The notes beneath the pieces are model-generated. The model was not told where the DNA came from, ran no database searches, and was given only the letters and a program-made list of their open reading frames with translations. From contig CM059431.1 of the NCBI GenBank assembly GCA_030390025.1, forward strand, positions 106,394,001-106,458,000: a stretch of DNA of 64,000 bases, written 5' to 3'. This document shows, piece by piece, positions 1 through 13,012 of the stretch. A program made the position numbers and the translations under genes. Position 1 is the first letter of the stretch; the number at the start of each line of letters is the position of its first letter. The DNA comes from Squalus acanthias. Taxonomy: Eukaryota.

Positions 1-633
1 GTTAACAGTGGAGGATTTTCACACCAACGTGTTCATTATTGTGATTAAAACCTAAATTCTTTCTGGATATTGCATGGTATCTGATTGGTAGCAGGGCTAC
101 CGCCATCGCAAGCAGAGGTCCCTAATCATAACAGCGCTACTGTGCTGGAAACGCCTTGGTGCTATCTTTAGTCTGTAGCTGGATTTGAATCTGGTGTGGG
201 CTTAGTGTTTGCAACCCAAACTGTTTCATTAAAAAAAAAGAGGCAATTAGTTTGAGATTTCACATCTTTTTACCTATAATTCATTTTTCTATTTTAAATA
301 TTTCTACTTATTACTTTCGCCGCTGTTGGGACTACTGAGCGTAAGGCTGTTATTTTTACAGGATAATACAAGCCTTTTGAATGTTGGCGTTGAGGGGAAA
401 GAGTACTTAGATGCTTGTAGTGAAGCAGGAATTTGTGTAGAAGTAGGAATAAAGCACTTTAACTTATTTATGCTGCTGTGCTCTTTTATTATTCAGTGCA
501 GTACTTAAGGCTCCCAGGTCCTGGTTGGCCTTTTACCAAAATACCCCTATATGTTTTTGTGTAGCTCTAAGTTATCTTCCTGTTTGCTGCCAATAAAGGA
601 GCACAGCTTAAATAAGTATGGGCTTGTTAACTT

Positions 634-1135
634 TTACCACCTAGAAGGACAAAGGCAGCAGGCGCATGGGAACACCACCACCTCCAAGTTCCCCTCCAAG
701 TCACACACCATCCTGACTTTTTTTCATTCATTCACAGGATGTGGATGTCGCTGGCAAGGCCGGCATTTATTGCCCATCCCTAATTGCTCTTGAGAAAGTG
801 ATGGTGAGCCGCCTTCTTGAACCGCTGCAGTCCGTGTGGTGAGGGTGTGCTTCCACAGTGCTGTTAAGGAGGGAGTTCCAGGATTTTGACCCAGCGGCGA
901 TGAAGGAACGGCGATATACTTCCAACGTCGATATATTTCCAACTACCGTTGCTTTATCGTCGCTGGGTCAAAATCCTGAAACTCCCTCCCTAACAGCACT
1001 GTGGGAGCACCTTCACCACACGGACTGCAGCGGTTCAAGAAGGCGGCTCACCACCACCTTCTCAAGAGCAACTAGGGATAGGCAATAAATGCCGGCCTTG
1101 CCAGCGACGCCCACATCCCAGGAATGAATATATAT
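634..1135 (+). mobile_element. 3' end of a CR1-group LINE (clade uncertain), split by an inverted copy of its own 3' end (about 721-924, minus strand)
   Basis: Same sequence family as 46625-47235 and 6910-7127. 727-910 is the reverse complement of about 946-1128. Confidence 0.75.
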
Positions 1136-1957
1136 AAAAAAGCACAGCCTATTTCATTGTTGCATGTAATCCACAATTATAATTTGTACTGAAAAACACC
1201 ATTGTTCCAGACCAGGCAGGACTGATGCACAGATGAAGTTGGTGCATCGGAGAGAGGACAGAGTGACAGGGATTGTGAGGGGAGGGGAAGGCGGTGGGGG
1301 TTCTCACTGCTTGTGTGCAGACTAAATTTTAAGCAGGGGTTTCCTGTGCACATAGGAACCCCCGAGAAGTCTAGGAGTGGCGAATACATTTCAGGTTCCT
1401 CCTTAAAAAAACCCCCAAAGAAGACAGGGGAGAGTAGTAGGAGCTGCGACCTTTCTGGGCCGACTATGGGAGTGAGTTCTGCTCTGCTCTGTTTGCTGTT
1501 GCTAGAAACCATGGGGGTGAGTTTCACCTTCGCCACCCAGGAGGTAGCCTGATGGAGCGAACCAATGGAATGGAATGGAATAGGTCCTACAATAGGTGGA
1601 TGATCCACTCCGCCTGTTGAAAATGACCTCCCATCCCGTCCCGTATTACTGGCTTCAGAAGCTCCAAAACCTGTAGTGCAAAGCTGCAATATTGGACCTC
1701 TGTAGCAAGCAGCAAAAACATCTTCAATTCTGTACAATGTGAATGGGGGCAGAGGCAACCACCTGGCATTATTTCTTTGTAAATCCTGTTACTGTGCCCA
1801 CCTACAGTACATAAGATTGCATGCGATGCGATGTTCTGGATTCCCAGTAACTTCAGTCGATTCCTTATTGCTCGTTGCATCTGTATTTCTGCCAAAATCT
1901 TCCAAAAAACCTAGTGACCCAGGATTAGGTCCGGTCCAAACCAGTTTGGGCACTTAG

Positions 1958-2692
1958 GAAAGAAAGACTTGCATTTATATAGCACCTTTCATGACCACCG
2001 GACGTCCCAAAGCGCTTTACAGCCAATGGAGTACTTTGTTGAAGTGTAGTCACTGTTGGAATGTAGGAAACACGGCAGACGATTTGCGCACAGCAAGCTC
2101 CCACAAGCAGCAATGTGATATTGACCAGATAATCTGTTTTAGTGATGTTCACAGAATCCCCACAGTGCAGATAGAGGCCATTTCGGCCCATCGAGCCTGC
2201 ACCGACACATATCCCACCCTATCCCCACGTATTTAATCCCCCTAACACTAAGGGTCAATTTATCATAGCCAAATCAACCTAACCCGCACATCTTTGGACT
2301 GTGGGAGGAAACCGGAGCACCCGGAGGAAACCCACGCAGACACAGGGAGAATGTGCAAACTCCACACAGACAGTCACCCGAGGCCGGATTCGAACCCGGG
2401 TCCCTGGCGCTGTGAGGCAACAGTGCTAACCACTATGCCACCATGTTGCCTATGTTGATTGAGGGATAAATATTGGCCAGCACACCGGGGAGAACTCCTC
2501 TGCTCTTCTTCGAAATAGTGGCCATGGGATCTTTTACATCCACCTGAGAGGGCAGACGGGGCCTCGGTTTAACGTCTCATCTGAAAGACGGCACCTCCGA
2601 CAGTGCGGCAGTCCCTCAGCACTGCACTGGGGAGCGTCAGCCTATGTTTTTGTGCTCCAAGTCTCTGGAGTGGGACTTGAACCCACAACCTT
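1958..2692 (-). mobile_element. Deu-domain tRNA-derived SINE (SacSINE1/AmnSINE1-like), interrupted by a V-SINE
   Basis: Reverse complement shows the B-box GGTTCAAGTCC, the Deu core (GTGCCGTCTTTCAGATGAGACGTTAAACCGAGG...AAAAGATCCCATGGC) and the tail AAATGCAAGTCTTTCTTT. Confidence 0.9.
2149..2450 (-). mobile_element. V-SINE (HE1-like)
   Basis: tRNA-like head (TGGCATAGTGG / GGTTCGAATCC), V-domain TGTGTGGAGTTTGCACATTCTCCC...CCTCCGGGTGCTCCGGTTTCCTCCCACA and a CR1-like tail. Possible short TSD atgtt. Confidence 0.9.
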
Positions 2693-2860
2693 ACAACAAC
2701 AACAACAAGTTAACATAGAGCATTGAACGTCATAAGACATCGCGCAGAAACGTTATCAGATGAAATCTGACACTGAGCCATGGAGGGAGATATTGGGGCA
2801 GGTGACCAAAAGCTTGGTCAAAGAGGTAGGTTTTATGGGGCGAGGCGGAGAGGTGGAGAG
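2693..2860 (-). mobile_element. L2 LINE 3' fragment
   Basis: (caa)n tail and caggtgaccaaaagcttggtcaaaga, shared with 3881-4481. Confidence 0.75.
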
Positions 2861-3499
2861 GCCATTATATGATGTAACCTACTTTGACGGTAGTCGCTCT
2901 AGTGGTAGAGAGTGGCCAATTAAACCTACATTGTTACAGTAAGTGTGACAAACAGGACAATTCACCACAGAGGCGCTGTCCCTTTAAATGCACCATGAGC
3001 TGTTGCTCTGTCACACTCTTTCAGATTTGCTGCAGCTCCCTTTGGCACTAACAATTTGACAGTAATCCTGGAGTGGAGCTGAGCACAGCCGCACCAGAAT
3101 GGACCACACCAGTAAATCGCAGCACCGCGATCGCCAACTACATTATCTCGCTGATTGAGTGCTGCTGCCGTGGTCTCACTTACGACAATAATAACACCAT
3201 CTGCCATCCTCCTAGGACCAGGGACTGGAGTCATAGCAAGGGTAGAAGTCTTTAGCAGCCAACGAGGCTCTCTTTCGTTCTCCGAATCAAAGAGGTTAAC
3301 TGCAGTCAGATAAGCAGCGAGCCAAGGGGCTAAATAGAAGCAGGCCCTCGTAGGCAGCTTATCCTGACAGATTCCGTTCCCATTTATAGTAATACAATTA
3401 GAAACCAAAGTGCTGTGGAGTGACCCAAAAGAAGTTCACTTTACGGCCAAAACCCGAAGCAAATAACATTATATCGAAGTGGAAGAGTGTTGGGGCTCC

Positions 3500-3700
3500 C
3501 CAGGTCGCTCAGTGGATGAATGCACTGCCTGTTGTGGTACTGAACTGTGCAAATTAGGAAGCTACTTGGTTCAATCACTGGCCTCTCACCTAGGTGACCT
3601 CAGCTAGGATAATGGTAAGGGCACTACAACAAGCATGAAGCAGGGCGCAGAAAATAAGTTAATCAGGGCTCCTATTCCCGACTGCTATCCCAGTGATCTG
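3500..3700 (+). mobile_element. Old, degenerate tRNA-SINE-like repeat (unnamed family)
   Basis: gctcagtgg and ggttcaatc box-like motifs. cagggctcctattcccgactgctatcc resembles 16650-16680 and the reverse complement of 18080-18105. Confidence 0.4.
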
Positions 3701-3880
3701 CGCTTAACATAAGAACATAAGAAATAGGAATAGGAATGCCCCTCGGTTGAACCAGTAGATCTACAAACTGCCATATTCCCGACTCAGAATCACATTCTCA
3801 ATGTATACAAACTGGATTGGTGAATCCTGATGTTCCCCTTGCTTTCTCTAACTGAGGCACATCATGGAGGCGAGAGTATC

Positions 3881-4481
3881 AACAACAACAACAACAACAA
3901 CTTGTATTTGTATAGCGCCTTTAACATAGTAAACCGTCCCAAGGCGCTTCACAGGGGTGTAAATAGGCAATATTTGACACCAAGCCACATAAGGAGATAT
4001 TAGGGCAGGTGACCAAAAGCTTGGTCAAAGACGTAGATTTTAAGGAGCGTCTTTAAGGAGAAAAGAGAGGTAGCGAGGCGGAGAGGTTTAGGCAGGGAAT
4101 TCCAGAGCTTAGGGCCCAGGCAACAGAAGGCACGGCCACCAATGGTTGAGCGATTATAATCAGGGATCCTCAAAAGGGCAGAATTAGAGGAGTGCAGATA
4201 TCTCGGGGGGTTGTGCAGCTGAAGGAGATTACAGAGATAGGGAGGGGCGAGGCCATGGAGGGATTTGAAAAGGATGAGAATTTTGAAATCGAGGCGCTGC
4301 TTAACCAGGAGCCAGTGTAGGTCAGCGAGCACAGGGGCGATGGGTGAACGGGACTTGGTGCGAGTTAGGACACGGGCAGCAGAGTTTTGGATGACCTCAA
4401 GTTTACGTAGGGTGGAATGTGGGAGGCCAGCCAGGAGTGCGTTGGAATCGTCAAGTCTAGAGGTAACAAAGGCATGGATGA
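3881..4481 (-). mobile_element. L2 LINE 3' fragment (ORF2 C-terminus)
   Basis: ORF 4000-4506 IHAFVTSRLDDSNALLAGLP...LHWLLVKQRLDFKIL...GPKLWNSLP is a typical L2 ORF2 end; (caa)n tail. Confidence 0.92.
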
Positions 4482-6325
4482 TCCTACCATTCATAGCAAT
4501 TGGCAAATTACAACGAAATGGCCCATACTTTTAATTGAAGGCTTGCACTGCCCCGTTGCCATGGCAATAGCTCTACCTCCAACGGTGCAAGGAAAAGAGA
4601 AACGGAAACACCATGAAAAAGAGAAAAGAACGGAGAAAGAGAAAGAGAGAAAAAGAACGGCTAACAGAGAAACTTTAAAAAGAAGAGAGGATGCAATGTT
4701 GCCACTTGACTGTCCTCTGACCCGTCTAACGGGCACGGTTTGCCACTCTTAACCATGTTTTTGGCTTCGGCATCAGATATACGACTTGCAATGGAATATC
4801 TCGCAGTTAACGTTGGCAGCTCTGGGAAACTTGCCCCCAGCATTAGCCCGGCATTCAGTGAAGAAGGGGAGATAATTGGGCCCGAAAAATAACAAATGTT
4901 AGGACTTTAGAGATTGGATGAAGTTGAGAACAATTTTTTTTTTTGGATTTGTTTTGTTTAGAGAAGGTTCCAGCTTAAAAAAAAACGGCGCTGAATGTCA
5001 TTACGAAGAAAAAAATAGATAAGTTGCTGCTCTGTTCATGTTTCCTTACTGCATCACTGCTCCCAAATTTTTCTTGGTCTGACTCGTTGCTCAAACCACT
5101 TTGTTCGGGTAGAATGACTGTTACTCAGGCTGTTAACGCCACTCCTGGGAGGAAAAAAAAATATCTACTCAGGGGTACAGAGAGCAGCTAACCAGTGAAA
5201 AAGAAGGAGAGTGAGGGAGTGCAAAAAAACAGCAAAGCAATGCCATGAGGATGAAACTAATCGCTCGTATAATGGACACATTTCTCCAGTGTGTAAAGCT
5301 GGAAGAATTGAATCCATGATTATTACCCTGAAGGTGCCATGGGACTTCTGGCCATGTCCATCAGAGTGGAAAACCGCTGTACGTCAGCAAGAAGAAGTCT
5401 GATCAGCACCGTGCAGAAATCCCATTCAGTTCCCCCGGGCCTGTGCAACTGCAGCCCGAGCGCAGCAGTCAGCCCTCAAGTACCTGAATTTTTCTTTGCG
5501 TCTTAAAAACAGTGTTAATCTCTTCTCATAAAGAATTGACTCGTTTTTTAACCTCAGAGGTACTGTATTATTTAATTCTACTGAATTTTTTATCAGGCCA
5601 ATAAAAATGGAACATGAGCTACACCACTGATCGATGCATTAGATATTATCCTGGCTACTGAGCAGGTTAAAACTCCCATCCTAATGACTTAGGCAGCAAC
5701 ATCTTCGGGTCTCTTGACTGGAGCTCAGGCTCGAGTGCAGAACATCATTAGGAAAGGGTTTGGAAGCCGAGTTATGACTTGCTTCTCTGACATTTATTTA
5801 ATAAGCAACATTGATGACATGCCATGCCTTTAAGCATGGTGTTCGTGTCAGCTTATGTAAATTTTCTTTTTTCTTTAATTCAGTGACCTTGTTTCATTGT
5901 AAAAGCCACTGCTGAATTGGCCTTCTGAAGGTGCTTTCCTCTCAAGCCAACTGTCCAGGCGTATGGTTCGGTTGGTGAGGGTTGCACAGTTTAGTTATGA
6001 AAAAACATCACCCTTTGCGGTCTCAGTACCTGTCATGATGATGGAAGGTCAGTGGTGTTAGACTACAGCGTGCTCACAGCAACTACTGCTCTCCCACACA
6101 ACCCCGTGAAGCACAGCCCTGGCTAGTCCATTGCCAGTCTTACAGCGCTGTTCCACCTCCTCACCCAGCTTCACTTTCCTTCTATTATTTCCGCGGGATT
6201 TTCCGATCAGTGATCAGCGGCAGTTTTCTCCCCACTGGCAATGCCAGAACAAAATGTCCTTGGTGACAGCACTTGAGTGAATTAAAAATATATAAATATC
6301 CAGCTAGTAATTTGGTGGGGTTGCT

Positions 6326-6790
6326 GCCAGCTGTGGCTCAGTGGGCAGCACTCTCGCCTCTGAGTCAGGAGGTTGTGGGTTCAAGTCCCACTCCAGAGAG
6401 CTGAGTACAAAATCTAGGCTGACACTCCAGTGCAATGCTGAGGGAGCGCTCTACTGTTGAAGGTGACGTGTTTTGGTTGAGATGCTGAACTGAGACTCCG
6501 TCTGCCATCTCAGATGGATATAAAAGATGCTATGCTGCTATTTTGAAGAAGAGCAGGGGCGTTTTTCCCCTCTGTCCTGGCCAATATTTATCCCTCAACC
6601 AACATCATTAAACAAAAATAGATTATTACATTCTTCTTTCTGGGACCTTGCTGTGCACAAATTGGCTGCCGTGTTTCCTACATTATAACAGTGACTACAC
6701 TTCAAAAGTACTTCATTGGCTGGAAAGCGCTTTGGGAGATCCTGAGGTCATGAAAGCTGCTATAGAAATGGAAGTGTTATTTTCTTTACT
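6326..6790 (+). mobile_element. Deu-domain SINE, full length
   Basis: A-box TGGCTCAGTGG, B-box GGTTCAAGTCC, Deu core and tail. Confidence 0.9.
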
Positions 6791-6909
6791 ACTTCATGAG
6801 GTATCGTTTGGCTCCAGCACACCATGTGATTTAACTTTCCTCAAATTTAATAATTTAGAACATACATTTGCACCCATAGACTCCGTGTTACCAGCATCCA
6901 ATTACACTG

Positions 6910-7127
6910 ATTTTTAAAAATCTGTCCTTGGGATGTGGGAGACACAGGCAAGGCTAACGTTCATTGTCCATCTCTAGTTGCCCTGAGAAGGTGATGGTGG
7001 GCCTACTCCTTAAACTGCTACAACCTCTGCAGTGATTGTGCCCCCACCATGTTATTAGTTAGGGTCTACCAGGATTCTGGCTCAGTGACAATGAAGGAAC
7101 GGTGATATATATCCAAGATAGGATGGT
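6910..7127 (-). mobile_element. Degenerate CR1-group LINE 3' end (same family as 634-1135); continues at about 8393-8430 after a CR1 insertion
   Basis: Similar to 721-924. The sequence ggatggt|tgtgact...ggggaactt resumes on the far side of the CR1. Confidence 0.65.
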
Positions 7128-8392
7128 CATAGAATCATAGAAATTTACAGCACAGAAGGGGGCCATTCGACCCATCGTGTCTGTGCCGGCCGAAAAAGAG
7201 CTATCCAGCCTAATTCCACTTTCCAGTTCTTGGTCCATGGCCTTGTAGGTTACGGCACTTCAAGTGCATATCCAAGTATATTTTAAATCTGATGAGCTAT
7301 TCTGCCTCTACCACCCTTTCAGGCAGTGAGTTCCAGACCCCCACCACCCTCTGGGTGAATAAAGTTCTCCTCAACTCCCCTCTAATCCTTCTACCAATTA
7401 ATTTAAATCTATGCCCCCTGGTTATTGACCTCTCTGCTAAGGGAAATAGGTCCTTCCTATCCACTCTATCTAGGCCCCTCATAATTTTATACACCTCAAT
7501 TAAGTCTCCCCTCAGCCTCCTCTGTTCCAAAGAAAACAACCCCAGCCCATCCAATCTTTCCTCATAGCTAAAATTCTCCAGTCCTGGCAACATCTTCGTA
7601 AATCTCCTCTGTACCCTCTCTAGTACAAGCGCATCGTTCCTGTAATGTGATGACCAGAACTGTATTCAGTTCTCTAGCTGTGGCCTAATTAGTGTTTTAT
7701 ACAGTTCACGCATAACCTCCCTGCTCTTATATTTTAGGCCTCGGCTAATAAAGAAAAGTATCCCATATGCCTTCTTAACCATCTTATCTACCTGTCCTGA
7801 GACCTTCAGTGATCTGTGGACATGCACTCCAAGGTCCCTCTGTTCCTCTACATTTCTCAGTATCCTACATTTATTGTGTATTCCCTTGCCTTCTTAACCC
7901 TCCTCAAACACATTACCTCACACTGCTCCATTTGCTACTTTTTTGCCCACCTGACCAGTCCATTGATATCTTCCTGCAATCTACAGCTTTCCTCCTCACG
8001 ATCAACCACACGGCCAATTTTTGTATCATCTGCAAACTTCTTAATCATGCCCCTACATTGAAGTCTAAATCATTGATGTATACCACAAAAAGCAAGGGAC
8101 CTATTACTGAGCCCTGCGGAACCCACTGGGAAACAGCTTTCCAGTCACAAATACACCCGTCAACCATTACACTTCACTTCCTGCCCCTGAGCCAATTTTG
8201 GATCCAACTTGCCGCTTTCCCTTGGATCCCATGGGCTTTTACTTTTCTGACCAGTCTGCCATGTGGGGCCTTGTCAAAAGCCTTGCTAAAATCCATGGAG
8301 GCTACATCAAACGCGCTACCCTCATCGACACTCCTCGTTACCTCCTCAAAAAATTCAATCCAGTTTGTCAGACACGACCTTCCCTTAACAAT
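7128..8392 (-). mobile_element. CR1 LINE 3' fragment (~1.26 kb, decayed RT)
   Basis: ORF 7297-7593 YEERLDGLGLFSLEQRRLRGDLIEVYKIM...RVVGVWNSLP; upstream RT remnants (MDFSKAFDK-like, FADD); catagaat microsatellite tail. Confidence 0.95.
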
Positions 8393-9247
8393 GTGTGACT
8401 CAAAGGGGAACTTCCATGCGTTGGTGCAAATTGTTCTGAAGTTTTAACCTCGTACAGGTGATCAGGCTCTGCTCAGTCCTGTTTTGTAAGACACCTGGTG
8501 TATTTGCTTTTGTGTCAAGCTGTTGCACAGAGGAGGATTCAGCTGTATTGCTCAGACTGTTATCTAACCTTTGCCCCTGGATAAATAGCACTGAGCTCGG
8601 ATTGCCATTTGCAATGGAAGTGTTCAGCCATATTGAACCACTCATCCCTCAATTTGTCGCATTACAAATGGAGGGGGAGAATTGTAAGTAACAACCTCCT
8701 AAACATAGATTCATAACCGACAGGATTTATGAAGTGGAGCTTCTAAATTGGCAAAGTAGTTGGAAGAAAAACAGTTGAAGGTTTGGCCTTCTCTCTAGAG
8801 GTGGTGTCGACGCAAACACAGAAATTATTACATGAGAAAAGCAACATTTATTGAGCCACAGATATATCACAATTGTACGGCCCACTGCAGAGGTTAGTTT
8901 TTACTTTGTTAAAATGATGTATACTGTAATAATCGCTTGAATGTGCTACTTCACAAAAAACATATGTGTTTACAAACATAGGAACCTTTAGACAAAGGTT
9001 AAGAAAAGTTGTCTTGTGACATTTTTCATGTGTGAAGTGCAGTAGGTCTTTGAGTTTAGGAATAAGATAAACTAAGAGAAATGGATGGCCAGGTTGAATC
9101 ACCAGATAGACAGCAGCAGAACTTTCCAGTCGCGCCGATTTTTCGGCAAACCGCATCAATGCCCACTGTATGTTGTGTATTCCTACACTGAGCTGGCAAT
9201 AACCGCAGGTTCTATTGGGCAATCTCTAATTATCATCACCACCACCT

Positions 9248-10035
9248 GCTTTAGCTCAGTTGGTCGCCCTCTTGCCTCTGAGTCAGAAGATCGTGGGTTC
9301 ATAGTACCACTCTAGGACCTGAGCATGTAATCTAGGCTGACATTCCAGTGCACCATTGAGGGAGTGCTGCACTGTCAGAGGTGCCGTCTTTCGGATGAGA
9401 CTTTAAACCGAGGCCCCGTCTGCTGCTCTCTCAGGTGGACGTAAAAGATCCCACGGCACTATTTCGAAGAAGTGCAAGGGAGTTATCCCCGGTGTCCTGA
9501 CCAATATTTATCCCTCAATCAACATTACGAAAACAGATTATCTGGATCACATTGCTGTTTGTGGGAGCTTGCTGTGCGCAAATGGGCTGCCGCGGTTCCC
9601 ACTTTACAACAGTGACTACACGTCAAAAGTACTTCATTGGCTGTAAAGCGCTTTGGGACGTACTGAGGTCCTGAAAGGCGCTATAGAAATGCAAATATTG
9701 CTTTTTGCTCTGTCGTAGGTGCCATTTGTCAGATGAGACATTAAACCGAGCCCCCATCTGCCCTCTCAGTTGGATGTAAAAGATCCCATGGTATGACTCA
9801 AAGAAAAGCAGGAGAGTTCGCCCCTGTGTCCCGGCCAATATTTATCCCTCAACTGACATCACTAAAACAGACTATCTGGTCAGTATCACATTGCTGTTTG
9901 TGAGACCTTGCTGTGCGTGAATTAGCTCCCGCATTTCTTACATTACAACAGTGACTGCACTTCATTGGCTGTGAAGTGCTTGGGGATGTCCTGAGGTTGT
10001 GGAAAGCGCTGTATAAATGCAAGTTCTTTTTTTCT
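9248..10035 (+). mobile_element. Deu-domain SINE followed by a tandem 5'-truncated second copy (from about 9711)
   Basis: The Deu core and tail occur twice in succession. Confidence 0.88.
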
Positions 10036-11029
10036 ATCTCTGTGAGAATACAGGCAGTATTGCTTACTCTCCCCGCCATCTGGAAATTGTACTGAGAAAA
10101 GATGATAAATTAAGGTGACCAGTTATTTTTTTAAATCACTTTAATCCTGAAGAGTGTGTTGCGCATTCACATTACATCCTCTTCCAGCACTGGAAGTTTT
10201 GACTGTATATTATGAAACTGCAGTCAGAAATGAATGACCCCTCCATATGCAGACTGTTAATGAATGGTCTCGCCATACACAGAATCTTAAGCTCAAAAGG
10301 GCATTGCTGTCCCTGAAATCTTATATGCCGAGCTCTAATATCCTGCCTGCTGCTGAGCAATGAGATGACAGTTTTCATGCCATGATTAACTTGCTAGCGG
10401 GTGACATCACTCTGATGACAATTACTGAGCCCTTTCCCACTGCAAAACAATATCGATAGCCCTTTAACTTCTTGCCTTCTAATACGCTGCTAGCTATGCT
10501 AAATTTACAATAACTTGCCTCACTAGTGGAAGCAGGTCGTACCAATAATGCGATCAAACTTTTGCACACAAATTACTGGCAGTACGGAGCGCTGATTTAT
10601 TTCCATTGTCTATGTAATGAAACCACATTCATTTCCTCATGAGTGTCTTTTAATTATCCTACTTTCAACTCATTTGTTGTTAACATAACTGTATCCCATG
10701 ACTACCTGCTCTCCTAATGCATATTGATTCGTTGGTTCCGCAATATACAAGTCTGTACTGTTTTTTGTGGCAGTGTTTACTAGCCTGTGGTGTGCAGGAA
10801 TTTGAAAATGGTGATTGATGGGTCTGGTTGGATCTGCATGGTGCTGTATTGCCTCGTTAATTGGCGGAATGGTGGGCTCGCTTCTCTCTCTTGGTTCTCC
10901 ACAAAGGAAGTTCAAAATCTTGAGCTGGGCTATCAGAAGAGTTGCTGAAGGGAAAATCAAGCACATCCACTGAAAAGAGGAGGGAATATTGGGACAGACT
11001 GTGAACTTGGGTTGTACATCTCCTAGCAG

Positions 11030-11421
11030 CAGGATTGGCAACCCTCCAGGATTGTCGTGAAGTCTTCAGCAACTGAAGATTAATCTCCAGGCCACTGCTG
11101 TGAGCAAAGCCAGGAGGAAAATCATTCGGGCATTAAAAAGAATTGGCTGTTTTTTTTTTTAATTTCATTTTCTGTCAACACTTTCATTTATTCGTTAAAA
11201 AATATTGGAGATGGGAAAAATGGCTGTTTGATCAAGTCAAGAATCATCCAATCGGGTAACAGAGTCTATTCGCTTTCTAATCGGCCTGGGAAGGCGGGGG
11301 ATCGTGAGGATGGACGTGTTGGGCGACCAATGGTGGGGGCGTGGGGGCGGGGCGGTTGGAGGCAGGAGGTCATGTGATGAAACCTCCAGGACTATGTCAT
11401 TTACCAGAGTTGGCAACCCTA
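11030..11421. mobile_element. hAT-like MITE
   Basis: Imperfect TIRs caggattggcaac / gttggcaacccta; exact 8-bp TSD cctagcag (11022-11029, 11422-11429); homologous to 36105-38077. Confidence 0.85.
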
Positions 11422-11846
11422 CCTAGCAGCCAGATCAAGAGAGGTGTTGGGGTGATCCATGAAACACTGGGAAGCAGCTTAACCGCTGTGTTGCCCCGTG
11501 AACTGTGAACTCCCAGTCTCGCTTGAGGCTAGCGAGGGCAGTAACAATCATAGAGAGGGTCACTTCAAATCACTTGCACACACCTCTTCGAGGCTGGACT
11601 CAACTGACAGTACAAGCAGATGTCCTATGCACACTTAGTCAAGCAATGATGTGTGGTGTAGGATAGCCCACAGGGAGAAGGAAAATCATATGTGTTCGGA
11701 CCCCGCTCCTTCCCCATGACGAATTCTCCTTCCAAAATTCAACGGACTTTTATTTTCATCTGTTGACGTTGTATCCCAGTTTTATCCAGCCCTGAATTGA
11801 TTTTTTTTGAAAATGTTTCTTTGTGACTAAACTAAAGGAAAGCTAT

Positions 11847-11975
11847 AATCAAAACAGAAAATACTGGAAACGCTCAGCAGGTCAGGCAGCCTCTGTGGAG
11901 AGAGAAACAGAGCTAACGTTTCAGGTCGATGACCTTTCGTCAGAACTACTGCATCCGCAGTATTTTTGCTTTTGT
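11847..11975. mobile_element. Penelope family A pLTR remnant (one arm plus oppositely oriented tail)
   Basis: Matches 22119-22221 and 38767-38971. Confidence 0.8.
11911..11947 (-). ncRNA. Minimal hammerhead ribozyme motif (PLE family A)
   Basis: Reverse complement: AGUU CUGACGA A AGGUC auc GACCU GAAA CG UU AGCU. Confidence 0.65.
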
Positions 11976-13012
11976 ACCAGGAAGCTGTTACGTTCACACA
12001 GACTGCTAAGGATCTCCACTCGGGTTTTTATTGTGTAACAGCAACAGGGACTAGAACTAGCTTAACCCATCAAGATACCAATATGCTAAGAACAAAATGC
12101 CTTAAAGAAAATGCTCTTTTCCTCTGAGCTGCACATCCTTTGAATTTGATAAAACATTGACACAACATCTCAGCTCCAGTACGGCACAGATATCAATCAA
12201 GTCGTGTTTCTGCATTCCTAATGCTGTTATTAAAATATTTCATCTGCTGATTACAGTCCTTACGAGCTGTGTTTTCACTCTCGAGTCAAGCTCAGGTTGA
12301 GGGAAAATCATAAACAGACAAACCCTTGGCAGTCTTGGAGACCGAGCAGGTGGTTTAGGAGTGACAGTGATAGGCAGATTGGTACCTGAGGAAAGGAGGG
12401 GCACAAGTCAATCCTACCAGCAGCTGTTGCTGCACCACAGGTAAAGCCCAGAGAGCAGTTTGCCAGCAATGTCCTTCGTGTTAGGGAATAATGCTTGTTT
12501 TGTGGGATGGGAGAGAAAGGCGGAAAAACCATGCAGAAGAGCAGGCTGAATTTCCTGCATGATTCTATGATTCTAGTACAGTTTTCATGCCAGATTGATG
12601 CAAAATCTCCATTGTAACTGGACTAAAAATTGCAGCTTTGTTCTCTGTCCCTCCAATGAAGCTTCGTTTTGCTTATGCTCGTCTCATTCACACTCTGCAG
12701 GAGTAATTCATCCCTCCGATTTATAGCTAGGATAATAATAACACACATCTATAAAACCCTTGTCTGTTCGCTAACCAGAACGACCTTTGACCCGCCATGC
12801 CTCAGTTCCTCCAATCGTTGATTATCCGATGGAAAATAAGGATGCTGGACTGTTTGCACTAAAGTAATTTGCCGTTAAATTGCAACAGGTTATTAAAATA
12901 AACCAGCAAATAGGAAACAAAGCATTGCCTTCTGATTACAAATGGAGAATAGGTTGCGGCACATTCCCCAGGTAAGACCACCTGAGTTCTCCACCGCCTT
13001 CGTTATAATGAG

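Noticed and set aside
1177..1758. 193-aa minus-strand ORF
   Set aside because: No recognisable domain or convincing splice context; probably a chance ORF or decayed repeat.
6331..6395. tRNA genes at SINE heads (also 13020, 32665, 45815, 58248 and others)
   Set aside because: The A/B boxes continue directly into SINE bodies and there is no standalone cloverleaf with a terminator.
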